From contig JACRKX010000027.1 in assembly GCA_016219715.1 (NCBI GenBank), forward strand, positions 3,667 to 67,666: a DNA stretch of 64,000 nt. The letters are read 5' to 3'. Below are positions 56,767 to 64,000 of the stretch, piece by piece. The stretch is from Actinomycetota bacterium. GTDB lineage: Bacteria > Actinomycetota > Thermoleophilia > Solirubrobacterales > JACPNS01. The position numbers and the translations under genes are program-made. Within the stretch, counting starts at the first letter, position 1, and each line of letters opens with the position of its first letter. Under the pieces are notes generated by a model. That model worked only from the letters and a program-made list of their open reading frames with translations, made no database searches and was not told the origin of the DNA.

Positions 56767-57432
56767 CTAAAAGTCGAACTCGCGCGGCGAGCGTTCTTCG
56801 AACCAGAGACGGTCGTACTCGGGGGTCTCTTCGAAGAACTCTGGGGTCTGCTCGAGCACGTCCGGGCCGCTGTCGGCCGGTGGCTCGACCGGCTCGGGCT
56901 CGGGCGGGTCGGCCTCGCCGCCCCATTCGAATTCGATCGTGCCGGTGTCTTCGCGGTAGTCGGCATCTGACGGCTCGGGGCCGCGCGCTTGGGCGGGCTC
57001 GGGCGTGGGTGCCGGCTCGGGTGTGTGTGCGACGGGCTCGGGCTCCGGTTCGACGGGCTCGGGCTCCGACTGAACTGGCTCGGGCGCCGCAGGCTCGGGT
57101 TCGAGTTCAACAGGTTCGGTAGGAGCGGGCTCGGGCTCCGGTTCGATGGCCTCTGGCTCGGGCACGACGATCTCAGTCGGAGCCTCGGGCTCTGCCGCGG
57201 CCACCGGCTCGGGCTGCGGCGACCCCGCGGCTGGGTGCAGATCGGCCGAGGAATCGACGTCACGGCGCGCCGGCGCCAGCGCCTCGCGCTTCTCTTGCTC
57301 TACCGCCTCAGGATCGGCCCCATGCTCGCGCTTTAACGCGAGATGGGCGTTGATCGCGTCGGCGAGCGTGCCTCCCGGCTCTTCGGAGGCCTCTGATCGG
57401 GTGTCCCTGTCACGCGCCACGAGTGCCAACAA
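56767..57432 (-). CDS. Glu/Pro-rich repeat protein, hypothetical
   Basis: Short structured N-terminus (ADAINAHLALKREHG), a long EPEP-type low-complexity region, and a C-terminus EYDRLWFEERSPREFDF. Confidence 0.5.
   Translation of the reverse strand: MLALVARDRDTRSEASEEPGGTLADAINAHLALKREHGADPEAVEQEKREALAPARRDVDSSADLHPAAGSPQPEPVAAAEPEAPTEIVVPEPEAIEPEPEPAPTEPVELEPEPAAPEPVQSEPEPVEPEPEPVAHTPEPAPTPEPAQARGPEPSDADYREDTGTIEFEWGGEADPPEPEPVEPPADSGPDVLEQTPEFFEETPEYDRLWFEERSPREFDF
56971..57215. repeat. Degenerate tandem repeats (GGCTCGGG-containing units) encoding the EPEP tract
   Basis: GGCTCGGG or a one-off variant recurs more than 10 times. The longest near-identical units are GGGCTCGGGCTCCGGTTCGA(C/T)GG at ~57042, ~57059 and ~57127. 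Confidence 0.7.
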
Positions 57433-57510
57433 TCATACGGTCAGCGGCGGAACCGCTTACCGCCACTAGAATGCTTTCGCGTGTGTCGCCGAAGGCGACC
57501 CGCATCGCAC

Positions 57511-57583
57511 GGGGCTATAGCTCAGTTGGTAGAGCGTTCGGTTCGCAATCGAAAGGCCGCCGGTTCGAATCCGGCTAGCTCCA
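57511..57583 (+). tRNA. tRNA-Ala (anticodon CGC)
   Basis: Manual cloverleaf: acceptor GGGGCTA/TAGCTCC with the G3:U70 identity pair, anticodon stem TTCGG/TCGAA with loop TTCGCAA, T-arm GCCGGTTCGAATCCGGC. Confidence 0.95.
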
Positions 57584-57697
57584 TGAGTCGCTGACCAGTG
57601 GATCGAGTTTGTTCCGGGGAGTCAGTTTTTTCTGGCACGCTGTTCAAGGCGACTGCGCCAGAAGCCTTTCCCCCCAGGCGGCCGACCGTAGGAAGAG

Positions 57698-59098
57698 ATG
57701 CCACCTCGCGTGCTTGAACCAGAGTCGGAATCGACTCGCCGGGAGTTTCTCGGTGGCGCCGTGGCACTTGCCGGCGCGGCGGTGATTGTCGGCTCCGGTC
57801 TGACGAAGGTCGCCATACAACCACGCGTACGGGGCCAAGTGATCGTCGTCGGCGCAGGCATAGCGGGGTTGACCGCAGCGCGGAAGCTCGTGGGACGTGG
57901 CGCCACTGTAAAGATCCTCGAAGCCCGCGGTCGAGTCGGCGGTCGTTTGGACACGCGCGACACGCTTGGCGTGCCGGTCGACATGGGCGCATCATGGATC
58001 GAAGGATTGCGCGGCAACCCGGTGGCGGCGCTGGCGAAGCAATACGGCGTCGCGACCAAGATCACTGGGGAAAGCAATGCGCTCTATCTGAACGGTGCGC
58101 GGCTGGCTGCGTCGAAAGCGGAGCGGGCGTATGCCTTGGCCGATCGAGCGCTACGAGCGGCGTCCCGCTGGGCCGAGCGCGTGCCGGACAACGATCTCTC
58201 GATCGTCAACGCCTTGCGTAGGTCGGGTGCCGGCGCCGCTTTGACCGATCCCGCATCCTTTTGGGCACTGCGCGCCAACGTCGAAAACGAATATGGATCC
58301 GGGATGAACCGCCTGTCGATGTGGTGGTACGACGGTGACTCTGAGTTCGCGGGGCCGCAGGCGATGCTGCCCGGCGGCTACTCCCAGCTCGCATCCGCGC
58401 TTGCGCAAGGGCTGCAGGTCGAGACCGGAGCCGCGGTCACGCGTGTCGACCACGGCTCGAGCGGCGTCGAGGTCCACACGCGCGATGGAGCGGTGCACCG
58501 AGCGGACGTCGTCGTCCTCACGCTGCCGTTGCCGTTGCTGCGTAGGCTGAAGATCACCCCGCGGATGCCGCGCGCCTGGCGCGCTGCGGCCAACCGGCTC
58601 GGTATGGGCGATCTGAACAAGGTCGCGTTGCGGTTCGACGACCGGTGGTGGAATGAGAGCGAGGCGCTGTTCGGGCTTGCCGCGAGTACCGCGCCAGCGG
58701 TCGCCGAATGGTGGAACCTGGCGCCTGTCGTTGGTCAGCCGGTGATCGTGGGACTGACCGCCGGCACCGGTTCCCGTTTTCTCGAGGTGAACGACGACGA
58801 TGCTGTCATCGCCGTGGTGATGAACCAGCTGCGCCAAGTAACGGGCATCGACGTGCCGCCGCCGACCCGAACTGACGTCTCACGCTGGGTTGGCGATCCA
58901 TGGAGCCGCGGCTCTTACAGCATCCGGCCTCCGGGATCGACGAGGGCCGACCACCGCAGGCTCGGCGAGCCATCGCGAACCGGCACGGTGTTCATCGCCG
59001 GCGAAGCGACCGACGTCAAGTATCCGAGCACGGTGCACGGTGCGCTGCGATCGGGTCGCCGCGCCGCGAATGAAGTGATCAGCCGGCTGGCTCGATGA
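57698..59098 (+). CDS. Flavin-containing amine oxidase (polyamine/monoamine oxidase family) with a Tat-type signal
   Basis: Twin-Arg signal TRREFLGGAVALAGAA. FAD motif VIVVGAGIAGLTAARKL...EARGRVGGR. C-terminal FIAGEAT. Confidence 0.8.
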   Translation: MPPRVLEPESESTRREFLGGAVALAGAAVIVGSGLTKVAIQPRVRGQVIVVGAGIAGLTAARKLVGRGATVKILEARGRVGGRLDTRDTLGVPVDMGASWIEGLRGNPVAALAKQYGVATKITGESNALYLNGARLAASKAERAYALADRALRAASRWAERVPDNDLSIVNALRRSGAGAALTDPASFWALRANVENEYGSGMNRLSMWWYDGDSEFAGPQAMLPGGYSQLASALAQGLQVETGAAVTRVDHGSSGVEVHTRDGAVHRADVVVLTLPLPLLRRLKITPRMPRAWRAAANRLGMGDLNKVALRFDDRWWNESEALFGLAASTAPAVAEWWNLAPVVGQPVIVGLTAGTGSRFLEVNDDDAVIAVVMNQLRQVTGIDVPPPTRTDVSRWVGDPWSRGSYSIRPPGSTRADHRRLGEPSRTGTVFIAGEATDVKYPSTVHGALRSGRRAANEVISRLAR

Positions 59099-59880
59099 CG
59101 CGCCAATCCGGGCAGTCGATTCACGCCTCGGTCACGCAGAGCCTTGCCGAAGCGGGCTGCATCGCAGCTCACGACGAAGCCGAGGAGCTTCTGCGGGCCG
59201 CCGCCGGTGATCCCGATCTCCTTGAGGATCTGGTGTCTCGTCGTACCAACGGCGAACCAATCGCATGGCTGACCGGCACGGTCACCTTCTGCGACGTAGA
59301 ATTGTTCGTCGCGCCGGATGTCTACGTGCCGCGATGGCAGACCCAGGCTTTGGCGCGTCGCGCGGCAGCGCTGCTTCCGCCGGCGGGCGTGGCGATCGAC
59401 CTATGTACTGGAGCGGGCGCAATCGCAGCCGTATTGAATGCCGCCGTACCGGCGGCGCGAGTACTTGCGACCGATCTCGACAGGAACGCCGTGCGATGCG
59501 CCCGGCAGAACGGCGTCGAGGCTTTCGAAGGTTTCCTGGACGACCCGCTGCCGCGTGAGTTCGAGCACCGCGTCGACGTACTGACGGCCGTGGTGCCGTA
59601 CGTGCCTACCGGCTCGCTGGGTCTTCTCCCACGCGATGTCCAGGCATTCGAGCCGCGAATCGCACTCGACGGCGGAATCGACGGTACGGATCTGCTGGCC
59701 GAGGTCGTGCGGCGAAGTACGCGCTGGCTGAAACCTGATGGCTGGTTGCTTCTAGAGCTGGGAGGTGACCAGGCCGGACCGATTGGACGGCTGCTCCACG
59801 AGTTCGGATTCGACGGACTAGACGTCATGACCGACGAAGATGGTGACCCTCGCGCAATCTGTGCCCAGCGTCGGATCTGA
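59095..59880 (+). CDS. HemK/PrmC-related SAM-dependent methyltransferase with a variant motif IV
   Basis: Motif I AIDLCTGAGAIA. VVPYVP sits where PrmC has NPPY. The ATG overlaps the amine oxidase stop (ATGA). Confidence 0.7.
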   Translation: MTRQSGQSIHASVTQSLAEAGCIAAHDEAEELLRAAAGDPDLLEDLVSRRTNGEPIAWLTGTVTFCDVELFVAPDVYVPRWQTQALARRAAALLPPAGVAIDLCTGAGAIAAVLNAAVPAARVLATDLDRNAVRCARQNGVEAFEGFLDDPLPREFEHRVDVLTAVVPYVPTGSLGLLPRDVQAFEPRIALDGGIDGTDLLAEVVRRSTRWLKPDGWLLLELGGDQAGPIGRLLHEFGFDGLDVMTDEDGDPRAICAQRRI

Positions 59881-59992
59881 CCTCTCACGTCATGGTCACG
59901 GAGGCGGATCGCTGGCGGCCGTATTCGTTCGATCGTCCACGGCACGGGTTTTTCGCGCTTGTCGATCGCTCGGATCGTCCGATACACCAGAC

Positions 59993-60760
59993 ATGCGACT
60001 TCGACTCTTCGCTGCCCTGGCGATGGCCGTCGGATCGATGGTCATCGCGGCCACGGCGCTGGCGGGTGGGGCCTCACCACCGCCGCCAGTCAATGCCACG
60101 GCGCCGATAATCACCGGCACCGCGCAAGTCGGTCAGTCCCTTACTTGCTCAGACGGGACCTGGACCAACAACCCGACTTCGTTCGCCTACCAATGGAAAC
60201 GAGGCGGCCTGACAATCCTCGGCGCCACCGCCAGCGGATACCTCGTCACGACCGACGACATCGGTGCGCAGATCACCTGCACGGTCACGGCTACGAACGG
60301 CGGCGGTGCTTCAGCGGCCACCAGCACGGCGGTTGTTCCCATAGCCCTGACCGAAACGCCGCCACCGGCAACCGGCGACACCACGGCGCCAACCCTCACT
60401 TCGTTCAAGATCAACCGGCACAAGTTTCCGTTCCCAGAGATCTGGACGATCAACGGCAAGCCCATCAAGCACGGCGCCATCCCGAAGTACAGCTTCGCGC
60501 TGAACGAGGCGGCGACGGTCAAGATCTCGCTCACAGCGATCCGCGTGCCGCGGAAGGACTTCGGAGAGGCCGTGGGCGGCGCGACGAACGCGCAGGGTGT
60601 AGTCGGCCCCAACACGGTCCGCTTCCGCGGCAAGTTCGGGCAGAAGTATCTGGCGCGCGGGAAGTACCAAGCCACGGCTGTCGCCACCGACGATGCCGGC
60701 AACATCTCAGCGCCGGTGACACTCACCTTCTCGATCGTTCGCCAGAAGATTCGCCGGTAA
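59993..60760 (+). CDS. Secreted protein with an Ig-like repeat and a C-terminal beta domain, hypothetical
   Basis: Signal peptide from the ATG at 59993 (MRLRLFAALAMAVGSMVIAATALAGGA). The repeat is APIITGTAQVGQSLTCSDGTWTNNPTSFAYQWKR...ITCTVTATNGGG. Confidence 0.6.
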   Translation: MRLRLFAALAMAVGSMVIAATALAGGASPPPPVNATAPIITGTAQVGQSLTCSDGTWTNNPTSFAYQWKRGGLTILGATASGYLVTTDDIGAQITCTVTATNGGGASAATSTAVVPIALTETPPPATGDTTAPTLTSFKINRHKFPFPEIWTINGKPIKHGAIPKYSFALNEAATVKISLTAIRVPRKDFGEAVGGATNAQGVVGPNTVRFRGKFGQKYLARGKYQATAVATDDAGNISAPVTLTFSIVRQKIRR

Positions 60761-60775
60761 GCGGCGGGCGCCGGA

Positions 60776-61258
60776 TCACCCGTCCGACAGCAACGCCTCC
60801 AACCGCTCGTAGCCTTCCCGCATGCCCGACTCGGCGCCGGCGGTCATCATGGCGTCGCGCGCTTCGACGGTCTGGAAGACAGCGTGGGTGCTGACGCGCG
60901 TGCCGCCGTCGGCCGTCGGTTCGAAGCTGATGCTCTCGAGTGAGATGTGCCCCGGCGCGCCCTCGTACTCGAAGGTCCAGGTGATGCGTTCATCGTCGAT
61001 CACGTCGTGGAAGACGCCGCGGAAGCCGTGTACGTTGCCGTCGGGATCGGTCTGGACGAAGTGCCAGCGGCCTCCGTGGTGCGGTTCGAGCGCGTCGATC
61101 GTCGTGGTCAGGTAGGCGGGTCCCCACCACTTCGGGATCTGCTCGGGGTCGACGTAGGCACGGAAGACGCGCGCCGGCGGCGCGTCGAACGTCTTGCCGG
61201 TGTCGATCACGCGGTCGCCGGCAGGCGCCGAGATCTCGATCGTGTCTTGGGTGGTCAT
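60776..61258 (-). CDS. SRPBCC/AHSA1-domain protein
   Basis: 160 aa. DPEQIPKWWGP motif. Usual partner of ArsR-type regulators; a 4-nt overlap with the upstream arsR-family gene. Confidence 0.75.
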   Translation of the reverse strand: MTTQDTIEISAPAGDRVIDTGKTFDAPPARVFRAYVDPEQIPKWWGPAYLTTTIDALEPHHGGRWHFVQTDPDGNVHGFRGVFHDVIDDERITWTFEYEGAPGHISLESISFEPTADGGTRVSTHAVFQTVEARDAMMTAGAESGMREGYERLEALLSDG

Positions 61259-61590
61259 CGTTGTTCCTCCTCTTCGCGCAGGTAACGCTCGAGATTGTCG
61301 AGCCGTTCGATGGCGAGCGACTTGTAGAAGTCGAGATACGCGTCGGCACCGATGAAGGCGCCGGGCGACAGGCTCACGAACTGCTGCTTGCCGCGGCGGC
61401 GCTTGATGACCAGCTTCGCCCGCTCGAGCACCTTCAGGTGCTTAGAGACGGCGGCGAGGCTGATGTCGTAGGGGCCGGCGATCTCGTTGACGGAAAGCTC
61501 CTTGGTGGCGACTCTCCTGAGAATGTCGCGACGTGTCGGATCGGCGAGCGAACCGAAGACGTCATCGAGCTGTGCCGCATATTCAACCAT
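61255..61590 (-). CDS. ArsR/SmtB-family transcriptional regulator
   Basis: FGSLADPTRRDILRRV...ELSVNEIAGPYDISLAAVSKHLKVLERAKLV. Confidence 0.85.
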   Translation of the reverse strand: MVEYAAQLDDVFGSLADPTRRDILRRVATKELSVNEIAGPYDISLAAVSKHLKVLERAKLVIKRRRGKQQFVSLSPGAFIGADAYLDFYKSLAIERLDNLERYLREEEEQR

Positions 61591-61624
61591 TTGGTTAAAT
61601 GATAGCGAATTAGTCTGATCACCG

Positions 61625-62236
61625 ATGCCCGGTCTGAAAGATCACTGGAACGCCGCCTACGCGAGCGGCGACGACTCGCTCAGCTGGCGGCAGAAAGAGA
61701 CGCCGCACTCGCTCGGACTGATCCGATCGATCAGCGAGCCGGCCGACTCGGTGGTCGACATCGGTGGTGGATCCTCATCGCTGGCCGCGGAGCTGCTGGC
61801 CGACGGCTACCGCGACGTCACGGTTCTCGATATCTCGGATACCGGCCTGGCGATCGCTCGTGAGCGGCTCGGCGATCGCGCCGCCGATGTCGACTGGATC
61901 GCGACCGACCTGCTCGACTGGAGTCCAGCTCGCAGCTTCGGCGTGTGGCACGACCGCGCGGTGATTCACTTCTTGACCGACGCGAAGGATCGCCTTCGTT
62001 ACTCCGAACTACTGCATGACTGCGTCGAGGCCGGAGGTCACGCGGTGATCGGCGCCTTCGCCGAAGACGGCCCCGAGCAGTGCTCCGGCTTGCCGGTCCG
62101 GCGACACACGCACGAAGACATCGGCGAGCTGCTCGGCGACGACTTCGAGTCGATCAGCGCCGCGCGCCAGATTCACGTTACGCCCAGCGGCAACCAGCAG
62201 CCGTTCAACTGGGTGATCGCGCGGCGGCTCGGCTAG
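61625..62236 (+). CDS. Class I SAM-dependent methyltransferase
   Basis: Motif I VVDIGGGSSSLAAELL, then acidic VLDIS. Confidence 0.75.
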   Translation: MPGLKDHWNAAYASGDDSLSWRQKETPHSLGLIRSISEPADSVVDIGGGSSSLAAELLADGYRDVTVLDISDTGLAIARERLGDRAADVDWIATDLLDWSPARSFGVWHDRAVIHFLTDAKDRLRYSELLHDCVEAGGHAVIGAFAEDGPEQCSGLPVRRHTHEDIGELLGDDFESISAARQIHVTPSGNQQPFNWVIARRLG

Positions 62237-62874
62237 CCGGGCCGGCTGCCCTCGAGCCTCAGCAGTTCGGCCTTCATCTCGACGCCGCCGCCGTAGTTGC
62301 CGAGCTGGCCGCCGCTGCGAAGCACGCGATGGCAAGGCACGACGATCGGCAGCGGGTTGGTTGCCATCGCAGTACCGGCGGCGCGCACGGCCTTCGGCCG
62401 GCCGGCGGCGCGGGCGAGGTCGGCGTACGAAACAGTTTCCCCGTACGGAATCAGCGCAGTCACATGGAGAACCTCCAGCCGGAAGGCGCGCGCCATCGAC
62501 CAGTCGAGCGGCAGATCGAAGTGGCGGCGCTTGCCGGCGAAGTACTGGTCTAGTTCACGACGGGCCTTGGCTAGCGACGGGTACCCGCCCGGCGCCCGGA
62601 GCACCCGTGGCGAGAGCTTGTGGGCGATCTGGTCGAGCAGCGACTCAGGGTCCTCGTTCGGCAGACCGATCCGCAGGATCCCGGCCGGCGTCGCCGCGAG
62701 ACGCAGCTTGCCGAACGGCGAGTCGTGATCCTCGTAAACGACATCGACGGCGCCGTCGGACGCGGCGCGTGCCGTAAAGCGTTCAATCGCCGCCGCCAGC
62801 GCCGCGTCGCTTCCGGGAGCAATCTGCCGCAGGGCGGCCTCGGCGATCGTGAGATCGTTCGATCTTGAGTTCAT
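62233..62874 (-). CDS. ogt: Methylated-DNA--protein-cysteine methyltransferase (Ogt/MGMT family) with an extended N-terminus
   Basis: Active site IVVPCHRVL, and YGETVSYADLA. 213 aa, about 40 aa longer at the N-terminus than typical Ogt. The ATG overlaps the sigma factor stop (ATGA). Confidence 0.85.
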   Translation of the reverse strand: MNSRSNDLTIAEAALRQIAPGSDAALAAAIERFTARAASDGAVDVVYEDHDSPFGKLRLAATPAGILRIGLPNEDPESLLDQIAHKLSPRVLRAPGGYPSLAKARRELDQYFAGKRRHFDLPLDWSMARAFRLEVLHVTALIPYGETVSYADLARAAGRPKAVRAAGTAMATNPLPIVVPCHRVLRSGGQLGNYGGGVEMKAELLRLEGSRPG

Positions 62875-63359
62875 CGCTCCACGCTCCCTCTCAGTTGTTT
62901 GAGTCCCTCGTGGACGTTGCGCCTGGCCGCCGCCTCGCTCGTGCCCATCGCAGTCGCGATCTCGCCATGCGAAAGGTCGGCGACGTAGCGCAGCGCCACG
63001 GCCGCTCGCTGCTTACGCGGAAGCACGGCGACGGCGGCCCACAGCGTGCCGTCTGCCGCCGAGTCGTGCCACGCCGCATCCTCGATCGCGTCGCCGTCGG
63101 TCGCCGGGCCAACCTTCGCGCTTTCACGCGCGGCGTCGATGACCTTGCGATCGGCGATCGCGAACAACCAGCCTCCCGCCGCGGCCGGATCGCGCAGGTC
63201 GGGGTAGGCGCGCAGCGCCGCGAGCAACGTCTCCTGAAAGGCGTCCTCTCCGCGGTCGGCACCCAGCCGGGCTAAGCAGAAGCGCAGCAGTCCATGGCCA
63301 TGGCGCTGGACCAAGCTCTCAAACGGGGGCAGTTCGCTGTGCGTGGCTCGCGTGGTCAC
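62871..63359 (-). CDS. ECF-type RNA polymerase sigma-70 family factor
   Basis: 162 aa. Region 2 (EDAFQETLLAALRAY, WLFAIADRKVID) and region 4 (LPRKQRAAVALRYVADLSHGEIATAMGTSEAAARRNVHEGLKQL). Confidence 0.8.
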   Translation of the reverse strand: MTTRATHSELPPFESLVQRHGHGLLRFCLARLGADRGEDAFQETLLAALRAYPDLRDPAAAGGWLFAIADRKVIDAARESAKVGPATDGDAIEDAAWHDSAADGTLWAAVAVLPRKQRAAVALRYVADLSHGEIATAMGTSEAAARRNVHEGLKQLRGSVER

Positions 63360-63428
63360 TTCAGTCAGACGGCTCTGGCCGTGAAAACGTGAGATCGACG
63401 ATCGCAGACCGGCGGCGCGAGCCGCGCG

Positions 63429-64000
63429 TTAAGCCACGGGCGCCGGGTGGCGCTGCGCCCACGGGCTTGCTTGCTCGAGCTGAGCCGCCAGCTGCAGCAG
63501 CGCACCCTCGGAGCCGAGCGTGCCGACGAACTGCACGCCCATCGGCAGGCCCTCGGGAGTCCAGTACAGCGGCACGTTGATCGCCGGCCGTCCGGTGACG
63601 TTGGCGAGCTGCGTGTAGGGAACCCAGCCGAGGTTGTCCGCAATCATCTCGTCCATGATCGGCAGCACCTTGAGCAGCGCCCCACCGTGCACCTTCGCGA
63701 GCACGCGCGAGCCGACCTGCATCGCCTCGGGTGTGGTGAGCCGGTCAACGGCGATCGGCGGCTCGGCCATCGTCGGCGTCAGGAAATAGTCGTAGTGCTC
63801 GTGAAACTCAGCGATCGAACGCACGTAGAGGTGCGTGTTCTCGTGAGCCTCCGCGGCCTTGATCGCGCCGTTGGCTCGGCCCAGCTCGGCCATCGCCAGC
63901 GTGTCGGCCTCGAAGTCGCGGTCGACGGCGCCGAACGTGCGCTTGGTCAGCGCCACTTCCGCGACAACCACGGCGAACCAGATCGTGAGGAAATCGAGGG
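63429..64000 (-). CDS. Amidase-signature family protein, C-terminal part (5' end beyond the window)
   Basis: The frame is open to the window edge. C-terminal amidase pattern GRPAINVPL....GLPMGVQFVG..GSEGALLQLAAQLE. Confidence 0.7.
   Translation of the reverse strand, partial: LDFLTIWFAVVVAEVALTKRTFGAVDRDFEADTLAMAELGRANGAIKAAEAHENTHLYVRSIAEFHEHYDYFLTPTMAEPPIAVDRLTTPEAMQVGSRVLAKVHGGALLKVLPIMDEMIADNLGWVPYTQLANVTGRPAINVPLYWTPEGLPMGVQFVGTLGSEGALLQLAAQLEQASPWAQRHPAPVA

Overview
This is a high-GC, gene-dense chromosomal segment with about 65 protein genes and 2 tRNAs. It has no rRNA, CRISPR array, transposase, integrase or prophage signature. The gene content looks Actinomycetota-like, possibly Thermoleophilia or Rubrobacteria, but that is inference only.

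Recognisable blocks, in order:
- a sulfate-assimilation operon (sir-cysH-cysC-sat-tauE) in which cysH is broken by a perfect 14-bp tandem duplication
- acyl-CoA carboxylase alpha, then sucCD
- a Phd/VapC toxin-antitoxin pair translationally coupled to an SGNH hydrolase
- a 1010-aa secreted cysteine-rich modular protein whose paralog is cut by the left window edge
- a class III nucleotide cyclase with a Lys-rich tail
- a DtxR-family regulator and glycerate kinase
- a gpgS-HAD phosphatase-FAD oxidase operon (glucosylglycerate-type compatible solute)
- an MrfA/YprA-like helicase with a DUF1998 domain
- tRNA-Phe, a DsbB/BdbC homolog, a CDF transporter and a type II sulfide:quinone oxidoreductase
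- a naturally fused PafBC-like double-WYL regulator
- an aquaporin-arsC pair
- the conserved rplY-pth-mfd-PPIase-eno-ftsB block, interrupted by a small divergent HTH gene with a perfect Cheo-type LexA box
- an orphan csrA
- class I aldolase and tRNA-Ala
- a Tat-signal amine oxidase coupled to a PrmC-like methyltransferase
- ArsR-SRPBCC, and an ECF sigma factor translationally coupled to an Ogt/MGMT protein.

I see no single obvious novel multi-gene system. The strongest unexplained signals are:
- the paralogous giant modular secreted proteins
- the two perfect short tandem duplications, one of which inactivates cysH
- the SOS box next to the orphan HTH gene and mfd
- the ECF-Ogt pair
- the orphan csrA
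- the structured 415-bp region upstream of sqr.

All functional calls come from motif recognition by eye. No database search was run.
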